Assembly: GCF_009914755.1 (NCBI RefSeq)
Contig: NC_060934.1
Length of the DNA stretch: 64,000 bases
Source of the DNA: the human T2T-CHM13v2.0 reference genome, Homo sapiens
Direction: 5' to 3' (one strand)
Every line of letters begins with the position of its first letter. The first letter of the stretch is position 1. Positions 14,668 through 29,841 of this stretch are shown here, one piece after another. The notes beneath the pieces were generated by a model. The model worked only from the letters and a program-made list of their open reading frames with translations. It was not told the origin of the DNA and did not search any database. A program made the position numbers and the translations under genes.

Positions 14668-15163
14668 TAATAAGCTGGGGACTACCAGTTATATTTATGA
14701 AAGCTAGAATTTTCAACTAAAACAAAGGAGTTAGCAGTAGCATTTAGTACTTTAGAATTATGATGCTTGGTCAGTGGCAATCTCAGGGAAAGCTTTTGGG
14801 GGTCTTCCCCTTTTGCATAGGATCCAAAAGCATCCCTTGCATAGTGCAAAGCATGGATTTTCCAACAGTTCATATCACCAGATGGATGGTCTCACTCGGT
14901 TCCCTTCTATCTGTGTCTCAAAGCAGCCATTTCTTATATGTGCTCATCTCATTCTTAAAACACTTTGCTAAATATAAGTGATAGCAATGAACACTTCTAA
15001 TGTTCTGATTTCCAAGTTCTTTCCTCAAAGCTACAGTTCTAGTAGGCATGTGGTCTTCTTCCCAATTTGTAGCAGTGACAGTTTTGCCAAAAGTTTGATT
15101 CAGCATGACAACTTTTCCAAGCCTTCCCTCCTGCCTTATCTACATTGCACGACCTTAAGGTAA

Positions 15164-15482
15164 TTTTTTTTTTTTTTTTTTTTTTTTTTTTGAGACGGAG
15201 TCTCGCTCTGTCTCCCAGGCTGGAGTGTAGTGGCGCGATCTCGGCTCTCTGCAAGCTCTGCCTCCTGGGTTCACGCCATTCTCCTGCCTCAGCCTCCTGT
15301 GTAGCTGGGACTACAGGTGACCAACATCACGCCCGGCTAATTTTTTTGTATTTTTTTTTAGTAGAGACGGGGGTTTCACAGTGTTGGCCAGGATGGTCTT
15401 GATCTCCTGACCTCGTGATCTGCCCACCTTGGCCTCCCAAAGTGCTGGGATTACAGGCGTGAGCCACCGCGCCCCGCCAGCC
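15164..15482 (-). mobile_element. Alu (Y-like)
   Basis: Long pure polyT; TSD ttaaggtaatt. Confidence 0.95.
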
Positions 15483-15784
15483 TTAAGGTAATTAAAAATA
15501 AGTGGAAAAAAAGAGGCAGGAGAGATAGAAAAAAAAAATTAACTGGTCTTGATGATTACATCTAGGAAAGAACACAGGTTTGGTTACTAACACAAGCAAC
15601 TGATAGGAAGTAAAATTTCAGAGACTTTTCTTAAGTTTTTGAGGGAATCACATTGGCAGAGAAACCATAAACACAGAATAAAAAGATGTCTTTGCTCGTT
15701 CCTTAAAACATTACTTAGTCGCCAAATGAACCAAATGCATCTTTATACTTTTTCAAGGATTTAAACACAAAGTAGTTATTGGGC

Positions 15785-16365
<581 letters not shown>

Positions 16366-16827
16366 TGACTGAAATATCTTAACAATACTTGACTTATACT
16401 TTAAAAACAGTGCATTAATTTTGCCTCTCTTGAATGTCGATTAATATTTTAAAAATCCAGTCATTTGAATATATCTTTGAAAACAGTTCTATTATTTTAT
16501 TTTGAAAAATGACTTCATTCAAGTATAGATTTCTAGAACCTATGAGAAGCTGCATTTCCCTGGAACAAAAATAATGTAGGGGAAGTCCAGGGTGCCTACT
16601 AAAAATTTCTGCGCTTGGAAATCAAAACTAAAAGACAACCATTTATATACCTCAAAAGAAAAAAGAATAAGATGCTTTACGATGTAGTCTTGATTAATTG
16701 CAGTTTAAATATAATGGCAGAAGTCTCTTTACATATATAATATTGACTTTATTTCACTACAAGTTACATTTGCGTACCGTCAGCTTTTAGGATGTTCTCA
16801 TTGACACATCTCTGTTCCACACTTTTA

Positions 16828-17202
<375 letters not shown>

Positions 17203-17315
17203 CTATGGCTACATGTGTTGAGACCCTATGTGCTTCTCACTTTTCATGGCTCATTTACCCCACAGCCTTATGGGCAAGGCAACTCAAAGAAATAATTAAC
17301 TGCATCTAAAATTAG

Positions 17316-17618
17316 TATTTATTTATTTAAATTTAGAGACAGAGTCTTGCTCTGTTGCCGAGGCTGAAATGCAGTGGTGCAGTCGTGGTTCCCTGCAGCC
17401 TCAAACTCCTGGGCTCAAGTGATCCCACCACCTGGGCCTCCCAAGTAGCTGGGGCTACAGGTGTGTGCCACCACAGTGGGCTAATTTTTTAAACTTTTTG
17501 TGGAGATGCAGTCTCACTACATTGTCCAGGCTGGTCTTGAACTCCTGGGCTCAAGCGATCCTCCCATCTTGGCCTCCCAAAGTCCTGAGATTTCAGGTGT
17601 GAGCCACGATGTCCAGCC
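17316..17618 (-). mobile_element. Alu (J-like)
   Basis: Antisense Alu with (ttta)n tail. Confidence 0.93.
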
Positions 17619-18202
17619 CCATCCTGCCTTTAAAATGTCCTCCCCTCCCATCTTGTCTTGGACAAAGTAGTCATCACTGGTTTGTTGATTTGGGGGAATG
17701 AAAGAGAGAACTTTAGAGATGAGGACAGCCAACCTCTTAGGGCAGGCATCTCTGAGCTCTCTTCTGAGACCTGGCGGGTGGCTAAGCAGGCAGAGCCCTC
17801 AGCATGCCAAGGGACTTGAGTTCATCAACTCCGTGAATCTGACATATGGTTGAAATATTGGGAACAAAAAAAATATGCCAGCTTTAAGCTTTGAGACTGT
17901 AGATCTATGAAAAATAAAATGGGAATGACATCATTGTCTCATCAGGAATCTAGCTTCCGTGAAGTGTCTGGGGAAAGATGGATGTTATATTTAATGTCAG
18001 AAGTGCCAGTTCATACTGCTCTTTATTAAACGGAGGTGCTTTGCCATCCCCGTTGTCTCAGAGGTTGACAGGTCATACCTCCAAGTGCCTAATATTATAC
18101 ATACAATTTTACTGCCTTTCTACTGAGGAACTAGAATGAAAAGTCAAACTTGTTACCTGTGATGGGATGCTGTAATGTGGCTGGTTTGTTTTTGTGTCTG
18201 GC

Positions 18203-18564
18203 TGTATTACTCTGTTTTCATGCTGCTGATAAAGACATACCTGAGACTGGGTCATTTATAAAGAAAAGGAGGTTTAATGGACTCACAGTTACACGTGGCT
18301 GGGGAGGCCTCACAATCATGGCAGAAGGTGAAAGGCATGTCTTACGTGGCGGCAGGCCAGACAGCATGAGAACCAAGTGAAAGAGGTATCCACTTATAAA
18401 AGCATCAGATCTCATGAGACTTATTCACGACCATGAGAACAGTATGGGGGAAACTGCCCTCATGATTCAATGATCTCCTCCCAGGTCCCTCCCACAACAC
18501 AAGGGAATTATGGGAGCCACAGTTCAAGATGAGATTTGAGTGGGGACACAGCAAAACCATGTCA
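18203..18564 (-). mobile_element. THE1B/C solo LTR
   Basis: tgtatta...tgctgctgataaagacatacctgagactggg...aaaccatgtca; TSD ctggc/cttgc. Confidence 0.9.
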
Positions 18565-19368
18565 CTTGCCTTGCAACAGTGCCAAGGTTGAGAGCTCACA
18601 AAATACTTCCAGGTTCGTGGCTCGACCAGTAAATGTAGTGAAGTCCTTAAGGTCAGAATTCATTGATTCCAAATTTTATTATGCAGAAGAAAGAAAAACA
18701 TCCTTGGAATACATGTCATAGGAAGCCTATAGAGTCCTCTGCTTGAAGATGTGTTAAAAACCAGTGTTCACCCCTTTGCTGGAAATGGAGAGAAGACAGG
18801 GGAACCCTAAAACCTTCCAGGGTTTTGTAATAATCCTGAGAAAGGCTGTGACAAAAATGAATGACCCTGACATTTTCTTAAGGCATACAGAAGAAACCAA
18901 AGACTTCTGAAGACCAAAGAATTCTGTTTTGTTTGATTCACTGCAGTAAATGTGTTGAATGATATTTTGGAAGAGAAAATCTGCTGACTCTCATCTCTTG
19001 CTCAATTTTCTAATTTGCATCCAGAGACCATGTAGGCTGCTTAAAAGCTAGCTAAAAATGAGTTATAATAATAAGAATTTTGTGAAGTATTTTCAGACTG
19101 TATTTCCTGACAAGTAAAATACCACTCACCAGTTGCCTACAAATAAATATGCCAAAGAATAGCAAAAATACTAGAAAAATTCTTCTCAGGAACTGAATAA
19201 ATAACTGACTCAAGGATTGCAGACATAAATAATACTCTTGTTCTTCACCCAGATGGAGGAGGCAATCGAGTATGTTGGTAAAGAAGGAAGTTTGTTTTCT
19301 GCAATTCATTTCTAATTATATTGTAGTTATATAAGCAGATGATACTGTTCTTAGAAAATACTTGGTGA

Positions 19369-19867
<499 letters not shown>

Positions 19868-20520
19868 TCATCTAAAGGAGCAGATGGGAAATTTATTATA
19901 CTATTCTTGAAAATATTATTACTAGGAAATTTAAAATATTTCAAAATAAGAAGTTATTATACATGTATTTTTTTAGTTTCCACTTATCAGCTATAAATCT
20001 AGCTCAAGTTTTGAATCTTTAATTTTCTTATCTATAAAATGAGGATAAAACACTAGTGACAACCTCAAAAAATTCAATAAAATGACAACTCAAGAAAAGT
20101 TGGTGATAGTTTATACAAATCTCAGAAGTTATTTATAAATAATAGATTATGTATTTTGGTTTTAGTCAGTTACAAGTAGCTGAGTCCTTATATGAGATCT
20201 ACTATGATAAGAAAATATGCTGATACCATATTTATTACATGGCCATCAGTGCTCAGTGATATTCAATATTTACAAATGCAAACATTGTAAAACAGGCTGT
20301 TTATCACAGAAGCCCTCTAGTTATAAAACAAACATATTTACCCAAAGATATGTATTAAATGAAATGGAAAGAACTGGAAATTTATCAGATATTAAGAATT
20401 ATTTAGAAATTGTATGGAATTTTTAGTAGCTTCTCAAAACATAGAAAAGACAGACAAAAAGCAAGAAGCAAAGAAATGTTTTCTTAAGTTTTCCAATATA
20501 CCATAAAAATGTTAATAATT

Positions 20521-20815
20521 GGCTAGGCGTGGTGGCTCACGCCTGTAGTCCTAGTGCTTTGAGAGGCTGAGGAGGGAGGATGGCTTGAGGCCAGGAGTTC
20601 AAGACTGGAAAACATAGTGAGATCCCATCTCTACAAAAACTTAAAAAACTTTCCAGATGTGGTGGTACACTCCTGTGGTTCTAACTACTCAGGAGGGTGA
20701 GGTGGAAGAATCGCTTGAGCCCAGGAATTCGAGGCTTCAGTGAGCCATGATCACACCACTGCACTCCAACCCGGGGTGACAAAGGGAGACTGCTGGTCTT
20801 AAAAAAAAAAAAAAA
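20521..20815 (+). mobile_element. Alu (J-like)
   Basis: TSD gttaataatt. Confidence 0.93.
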
Positions 20816-20978
20816 GTTAATAATTGTCTCTGGCATGTATAGACAAGGAAGCCTATTTACTGTTACTACTGTGCCATGGAGATGGGAGGAATATTTTGTC
20901 AACAGGGAAAATAAATATTGGCACCTCCTCTTGAGTGGGCTGGTACCTGTGTTTAAATCAGGACCAGTTTTATTTTTC

Positions 20979-21780
20979 TTCTTTTTTTAAATTATACTTT
21001 AAGTTCTGGGACACATGTGCAGAACTGCGGGTTTGTTACATAGGTATACATGTGCCATGGTGGTTTGCTGCACCCATCAACCTGTCATCTACATAAGGTA
21101 TTTCTCCTAATGCTATCCCTCCCTTTGCCCCCCACCCCTGAAAAGGCCCCAGTGTGTGACGTTCCCCTCCCTGTGCCTATATGTTCTTATTGTTCAACTC
21201 CCACTCATGAGTGAGAACACGTGTAGTTTGGTTTCCTGTTCCTGTGTTAGCTTGCTGAGAATGAGGATTTCCAGCTACATCCATGTCCCTGCAAAGGACA
21301 TGAACTCACCCTTTTTTTGGCTGCATAGTATTCCATGGTGTATATGTGCCACATTTTCTTTATCCAGTCTAACATTGATGGGCATTTGGGTTGGTTTCAA
21401 GTGTTTGCTATTGTGAATAGCACTGCAATAAACATATGTGTGCATGTGTCTTTACAGTAGAATGATTTCTAATCCTTTGGGTATATACCCAGTAATGGGA
21501 TCGCTGGGTCAAATGGTATATCTAGTTTTAGATCCTTGAGGAATCGCCACACTGTCTTCCACAATGGTTGAACTGATTTACACTCCCACCAACAGTGTAA
21601 AAGCATTCCTATTTCTCCACATCCTTGCCAGTATCTGTTGTTTCCTGACTTTTTAATGATTGCCATTCTAAATAGTGTGAGATGGTATCTCACTGTGGTT
21701 TTGATTTGCATTTCTCTAATGACCAGTGATGATGAGCTCTTTTTCATATGTTTGTTGGCTGCATAAGGTCTTCTTTTGAA
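20979..21780 (-). mobile_element. 5'-truncated L1PA (ORF2 C-terminus + 3'UTR)
   Basis: attatactttaagttctggg 3' end; ORF 21469-21816 gives ORF2 peptide [12 protein letters not shown]-like region; long flanking direct repeat. Confidence 0.95.
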
Positions 21781-22396
21781 ACCTATGTTTAAATTAGGAC
21801 CAGTTTTATTTTTCACACGTGAATTTTTTTTCTGATCTTCAGGAGAGCTATAATTACTCTGGTGTCTTCAATGTCTAGCTTTAATTGTATCCAGAAATAT
21901 TTTGACAAGCTGACAATAAATATGTTAAGATACTTAAGTGATAGGTTGCTTTTGCCTTTAAAGTGCTGAACGTATTAATCTATGAAGATATTTTGTGGCG
22001 TGGGTACTTCCATCTACATTTCTTAGAATGAAGGAAAAGAACAAGAGAGGTTAAATATATTTATGACCGCAATTGGAAGCTGGTACTGGAATGAATCAGG
22101 GAAGTACTGGAACTGACCTCATAGTTTTCTAATTGTGCATCATTTCTAGAGAGATGCCCATTCAGAAAACAAAATCCATTCACAGTAGAGATAAAAAGCG
22201 TTCAAAATTCAGGCAATTCCCCTAAAGACCTTTACACACCTGTGTGACCAGGTATCAATGTCCTCTTGAATCTCAGAGAGTTAGAAATATGCAATCTCTG
22301 GTTAAGAGTTTTAAAAACCTGAACTTTAAACTTTTCAGTAATGATATGGTACATTATTAATGAATTCTGTTTATGAAATTCTAATTTCAAAGAACC

Positions 22397-22495
22397 TTGG
22401 TGACTATATACATTGCCATTCAAACTGGACAACTTTGAGAATGAAAAAGGATAAACTAGGACTGTCTGGGCAAACTAGGACATATGATTACTCTA
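22397..22495. mobile_element. Short hAT-Blackjack MITE (MER81/MER94-like)
   Basis: ggtgactata...ggcaaactaggacatatgattactcta resembles the terminal inverted repeats. Confidence 0.5.
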
Positions 22496-23679
22496 TTAAA
22501 TAGTATCTTTATAAAATAATATAATATTGCACATATTCTTCTACTACTTGCAAATTTTCTTTAAAAACCCTCCAGACTGTGTTTTTGAGATTAACCCATT
22601 GAAACATAGACTTTTAAAATTTAGTTAATTTTTGTCTTCTCGTGGTATTGTAGTGTGTAATATGCAGTTTACTTATCCACTATCTGGATTAATTTGTATT
22701 TTTTATTTGCATTTATGAACAATGCTAGTTACCAGTACATCTCTCTTCGAGCACATGGGCAAGAGTCTCTCTTGGGCAAATACCTGGAAATTCATTTTCT
22801 GAGTTTCTGGCATGTGCATCGTCATCTTTACTAGATTTTGTCAAGTTGTTCTCTAAATTAGTGATTCTAATGTACATTCTTAACTGTAGATTGAGATTAA
22901 TCATTTAGCGTTATTCATAACTTCCCCCCGCAATCTCTTGGACTGAAAATGGTATGTCAGTGTGATTTCAATGATTACATTTTCCTGAGTATAAATGAAG
23001 CTTAGATTTTTAAAACTGTGAATTACTTCTTTTTATTATTAACTTTTTTGTATTTAAATGTTTTTGTCTTGATTTAATGTCAGTAATTATATAGTCTGGA
23101 GAGTAATCCTTTGTGTACTATATTTTCATTTTGTTCATGGAGTTTTTTACTCCACAACTTTTACTTTTTACTCTATACCTTTCTTTGTAATTTGCTAATA
23201 CAAATATATGACTTTTAAAATAAATATCAGAAAACAAAACAAAAAGAATAAACTCTTATAAGCTGTTGACTTACTGATGTAAAATGAAAAGATGCATTGT
23301 CTTCAGAGATGTTTATTGCTAGGAAACCAACCATTGTCCTGTGAGTAGAACTACTATGGTGCTGCTAATGTATAAGACACTGCATGATTCTTAGAAGAGC
23401 AGCTTGGGTGAATACTGAATGAAAGGGCAACTATTTTAGGAAGCCATCAGCATTGAGCTCTTTAGACAAACTTGTTAAAATATCACTATCTTTACCCAAA
23501 GATCAGTAGGTCCAGAAAGTGTACTACAAAGTCTAGTCTTAATAGCTATTTCTAAGACTTCACACTTGAGCACACGTTTCATTACACTTGTTTGATGAAA
23601 AAACTAATCAAGGTATTGTCTTATGAAAGAGAAAAATAAGAATATCAGATCCTCCATATTACATTTCAATTTAATACAG

Positions 23680-23930
23680 AACATCTAGTGTTAACAAACT
23701 ATGATATTAATAAAATATCAATGATATTTTTATATCATCTAGTGATATTAATAAATATGGATGATATTTATGTAATATCATCTAGTGTTGACACAGAGTT
23801 GACACACTATGATATTGATGAAATAAATCAATGTTATTTCTAGATCATCTAGTGTTAGCACACTATTATATTGACAAAGTACATCGATGATAGCTGTATA
23901 ATTTCATCTAGTGTTAACACACTATTATTC
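23680..23930. repeat. AT-rich ~55-60-bp tandem repeat (left flank of satellite)
   Basis: Recurring atcatctagtgttaacacactatgatattaataaa. Confidence 0.85.
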
Positions 23931-25310
23931 ATATCTTAGGGAGATATTATTCCTAATATCACATTTGGTGTACACCATGTGTGTTACACCCTGTAATATT
24001 ATTCATAATATCCTAGGGAGATATTACTCCTAATATCACAGTGGGTGTAAACCCTGTGATATTATTCATAACATCCTAGGGAGTGATTACTCCTAATATC
24101 ACAGTGGGTGTACACCCTGTGATATTATGTGCAATATCCTAGAAAGCCATTTCTTCTAAATCACAATAGGTGTACATTCTATGATACTATTGTAATATTC
24201 TAGGCATGGATTACACCTAATATCAAAGTGGGTGTACACCCTTGTGATGTTATTTGTAATATCCTGGGAAGATATTACTCCTAATAACACAGTGGGGGTA
24301 GGCTCTGTGATAGTATGGTAATATTTTAGGAATATATTACTCCTAATATCACAGTGGGTGTACACCGTGTGAAATTATTTGTAATATCCTAAGGAGATAT
24401 TACTACTAATATCACAGTGAGTGTACACCCTGTGGTATTATTTGTAACATTCTAAGAAGATATTACTTTTAATATCACAGTGGGTTTACACCAAGTCTGT
24501 GCACCTTGTTTTATTATCTGTGCTATCCTAGGGAAATATTACTCCTAATATCACAGTGAATGTACATCATGTGTGTATACCCTGTGATATTATTTGTAAT
24601 ATCCTAGGGAGATATTACTCCTAATACCACAGTGAGTGTACACCCTGTGATATTATTTGTACGTATCCTGGGGATATATTACTGCTAATATCACATTAAG
24701 CATATACCATTTGTGTAAACCCTGTAATGTAATTTGTAATATCCTAGGGAGATATTACTCCTAATATCACAGTAGGTGTACATCATGAGTATACACCTTC
24801 TGTGATATTAGGAATAATATTTAGGAGTAAATAATTAGGAGTATTATTTGTAATATCTTAGGAAGATACTACTCCTAATATCACAGTGGGTGTACACCAT
24901 GTGTGTACACCCTTTGTGATATTCGTGATGTCCTAGAAGGATTTTACTTCTAGTATCACAGTAGCTGTACACCCTGTGATATTTTTCGTAATATCCCAGG
25001 GAGATAATACTTCTAATATCACGGTGGGTGTACACCCAATATCACAGGTAGTATGAAGGGTGTAGACCCACCGTGATATTATTCATAATTTCCTAGGGAA
25101 ATATTACTTTTAATATCATAGCGGGTGTATACCCTGTGATATTATTCATAATATTTTAGGGAGATATTACTACTAATATCACAAGGGGGTGTACACACTG
25201 GGATATTATTCTTAATATTCTAGGGAGATATTACACCTAATATCACAGTTGGTGTCCATTCTGTGATATTATTTATCATATTCTACAGAGACATTACTCC
25301 TAAAATTACA
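23931..25310. repeat. SATR1/SATR2-family satellite, 63-bp unit with ~76-bp variants
   Basis: About 20 copies of gatattactcctaatatcacagtgggtgtacaccctgtgatattattcataatatcctaggga. Confidence 0.88.
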
Positions 25311-26173
<863 letters not shown>

Positions 26174-26343
26174 ATATCATCTAGTGTTAACATGCCGTGA
26201 TATTAATAAAATATATCAATGATATTTATCTATTTCATATCATCTTGTGTTAACACACTATGTTATTAACACAATATCGATGATATTTATATAATATCTT
26301 CCAGTGTTTACACACTGTGGTATTAATAAAATATCGATGATGT
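26174..26343. repeat. AT-rich ~60-bp tandem repeat (right flank, same unit as 23680-23930)
   Basis: Three copies of atatcatctagtgttaaca...tattaataaaatat. Confidence 0.85.
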
Positions 26344-26778
26344 AATTTAATCAGTGCATAAAAGGAATTTTTAAAAGGTATTGATGTAAGTATTGTTTCT
26401 AGAGTGAATGCATGTCGTGTCTAGTAACTAATTTTATGGGGGAAAATTTAATGTCACCTACAGCGTATCTGCTCAGTGATCAGCAGGATGGCATTCTAAG
26501 AAGCTTCAGGACTTGAGAGAAGATCACGAAATGTGGAGACCGAACTATTTGAGCTCAAACTCTAGTTCAGTCACTTAGGAGATAGGGGAAGATACTTATA
26601 CTAACTATGGTTAGTTGCCCATCCAACATCATTTATTCCTCCCTTCCTCCTTCCCGACAGAACCCTCAATTTGCTCAGGTACACATGTGTCCGCCTTAGA
26701 ACCCCTAGGGATGAGACTAAAGGTGAAGGTTACACCCCAAATCCCTTTGCCAATGGCTACTTTAAGAATAGGCATGTG

Positions 26779-27309
<531 letters not shown>

Positions 27310-27869
27310 TCAGCATGAAGTCATCACACAGAGGTAAACTGGGCTAAGACGCCACAGGGAAATGAAGCCAGAACCAAAGGGTGAAGGCAACTGTTAAGCT
27401 TCCCTGTCTCTGGACTTCCAGATCTGTGAGCCAAGAATTCCAAACAGTGTAAAAGAATTTGGTGGGGCTTTTTGATATTTGTGGCTGAAAGCACTCTAAT
27501 GGTTCTAAGCCAGTTTTTTATCTGTGAAAGTCAGCTGGATAGCTATATTGCATTCTTCCAGTAATTCATGATATTACATGTAAAGTATTGGGCACAGTGC
27601 TCGACACAGAGCAAGCTTTTAATAAAGGACACCAGATGTGGGGTGTTTGTTGTCTACACACTGAATACCTGCTACTAACTTAGGGAACAATTAAGCAAAT
27701 GTTTAACAGCCTGGATTTTTGATTGCTTGCATTTTCACATCAGATGAGTTGGTGATATTAGTGTCCAGGGAAGACACTGTAATCGCTGAGTTAAGGGTTT
27801 TCAATCTCTTTGAGATCCTCAAAAGACAAAGAATAGAATAATAATGCAGTGGTATTTTATTGGATGTCG

Positions 27870-27908
27870 CACACACACACACACACACACACAGGCATAC
27901 ACACACAC
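27870..27908 (+). repeat. (CA)n microsatellite
   Basis: Direct reading. Confidence 0.95.
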
Positions 27909-28425
27909 TCTTATTAAAGGCCCAGAAAATAAACTAATTTATCAGAGTACAACATATTGGATAATTCCAAAGTTAATTAAACTTTAAAATAAATCCAGTA
28001 GAATAAACAAAATTTATAGTATAAGCTTGAGTGATAATTCCTTAAATGAGAAAAGTTAAAATTTGGAACCAATCACAAAGAACGGGACAATTTAAAAAAA
28101 ACAAAAAACCAATATAATGATGGTCAAATTCCAAAACTTTTAAATTTTAGATGTTATTTTTTTCAACCATCAACAACAATGAAACTAAAAGATACTGATT
28201 AAGCACCTGGGCTTTGGGTATACAATCGGAATTTGAAACTTGCCCCTAACGTTTGTAACTATAAAACCTAGGGAAAGTTTCTTAGCCTTTCTTAACCTCA
28301 GGTTTCAGACTTATAAAATGTAGATAGTAAAACTCTACCCTGACTTAGGTTTAAATAAGATAAGATAATCTAGGCCAAGTGCTTATATAGGTGCCAAATA
28401 TATAGTAAGCACTTAATAAAAAAAA

Positions 28426-28770
28426 TTTTTTTGAGACAGGGTCTCGCTCTGTTGACTAGGCTGGAATGCAGTGGTGTGGAAGGCAGCTATGCTAACCACT
28501 ATACCACCAACGCCTCAGCAAGTGGTGTGATCTCTGCTCACTGCAGCCTCTGCCTCCTGGATTCAAGTGATTCGATTCTCGTGCCTCAGACTCCCAAGTT
28601 TCTGGGACCACAGACTTGCACCACCATGCCGGGATAAGTTTTGTATTTTTAGTAGAGATGGGGTTTTGCCATGTTGCCCAGGCTGGTCTTGAACTCTCAA
28701 CTTCAAGTGATCTGCCCGCCTCTACCTCCCAAAGTGCTGGGATTACAAGCAGGAGCCACTGCACCCGGCC
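28426..28770 (-). mobile_element. Alu (J/S-type) hosting the tRNA fragment
   Basis: Antisense Alu whose right arm is interrupted at 28479-28520 and resumes at the duplicated site. Confidence 0.93.
28477..28513 (-). pseudogene. tRNA-Gly(TCC) 5'-half retropseudogene inside an Alu
   Basis: Minus strand GCGTTGGTGGTATAGTGGTTAGCATAGCTGCCTTCCA matches nt 1-37 of tRNA-Gly-TCC as recalled. Flanked by direct repeat agtggtgtg (28470-28478, 28521-28529). Confidence 0.93.
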
Positions 28771-29375
28771 AATAAAATGTTTTTATTAAAATAAAACTTT
28801 CTTCTAATAGAATTAGTGCCATGGGATCCCACTGACTTCTGGTGGTCTAAGTTGAAAGTGATCACATAATCCTGGGACTAAGAAGACAGGCTCAAATTTC
28901 AGATGGGCAGAGGGAACTACTAGAAGATATTTGCAGCAACCCCAATAAAAACAAGAGACAAACACTATAAAAATAAAATCAGAAGGTAATTTCTCCTTCT
29001 GAATAAGGTGAAGTACCAAGGACTGGATTTAGCTGCCATCTAAACAAATATAAAAAGGAAAACCAGACAAGCTATATGAAACAATGGTTTTCAGACACTG
29101 GACATCAGGCAACTCAGGACTGTGATCCTCAAGAAAGAGAAAAGAAATGAGGTGAGCCTACTGATGCCCAGCCCACTGCCTGGAGGGTTTGCAGACTACA
29201 GCACAGGCAGGAGGAACTCAGTGGGGTCCAGAGGTCTGAGTAGAGAGGTTACAGATCTAGGAGCCTGGAACACCAAGGGAGCTGCAGAGGGAAGACAGCT
29301 TCATGGATCTCAGCAGAGGGTTCCCTCTAGTCTTCAAATGAGTCCCGACCAGCACATGTGTGGGAGGAAACTACC

Positions 29376-29731
29376 TGTATTAGTTTGTTTTCCTGCTGCT
29401 GAAAAAGACATACCTGAGACTGGGCAATTTACCAAAAAAAAAAGACTCACAGTTTCACGTGGCTGGGGAGGCCTCAAAATCATGGTGGAAGGTGAAAGGC
29501 ACATCTCATGTGGCGGCAGAAAAAAGAAGAGAATGAGAGCCAAGCAAAAGGGGTTTCCCCTTAAAAAACCATCAGATCTCGTGAGACTTACTCACTACCA
29601 TGAGAATAGTATGGGCGAAATCGCCTCCATGATTCAATTATCTCCCACTGGGTCCCTCCCACCACACAGGGGAATTATGGGAGCTACAATTCAAGATGAG
29701 ATTTGGCTGGGGACACAGCCAAACCATATCA
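29376..29731 (-). mobile_element. THE1B-like solo LTR
   Basis: tgtattagt...ggacacagccaaaccatatca; TSD ctacc/ctact. Confidence 0.92.
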
Positions 29732-29841
29732 CTACTTGAGTCTGGGAAAAGTCACCCCAAAGGAGCAAAGGGAACATCCCCTGAAACTTAGAAGACCAGC
29801 AATAATTCATGCTCCCACCCAACAGAAAGGACAACCTTGCC

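Noticed and set aside
28477-28513. Functional tRNA gene
   Set aside because: Only the 5' half is present; no T-arm/B-box or 3' acceptor strand.
29122-29739. 205-aa ORF
   Set aside because: Chance read-through of L1M and an antisense THE1 LTR.
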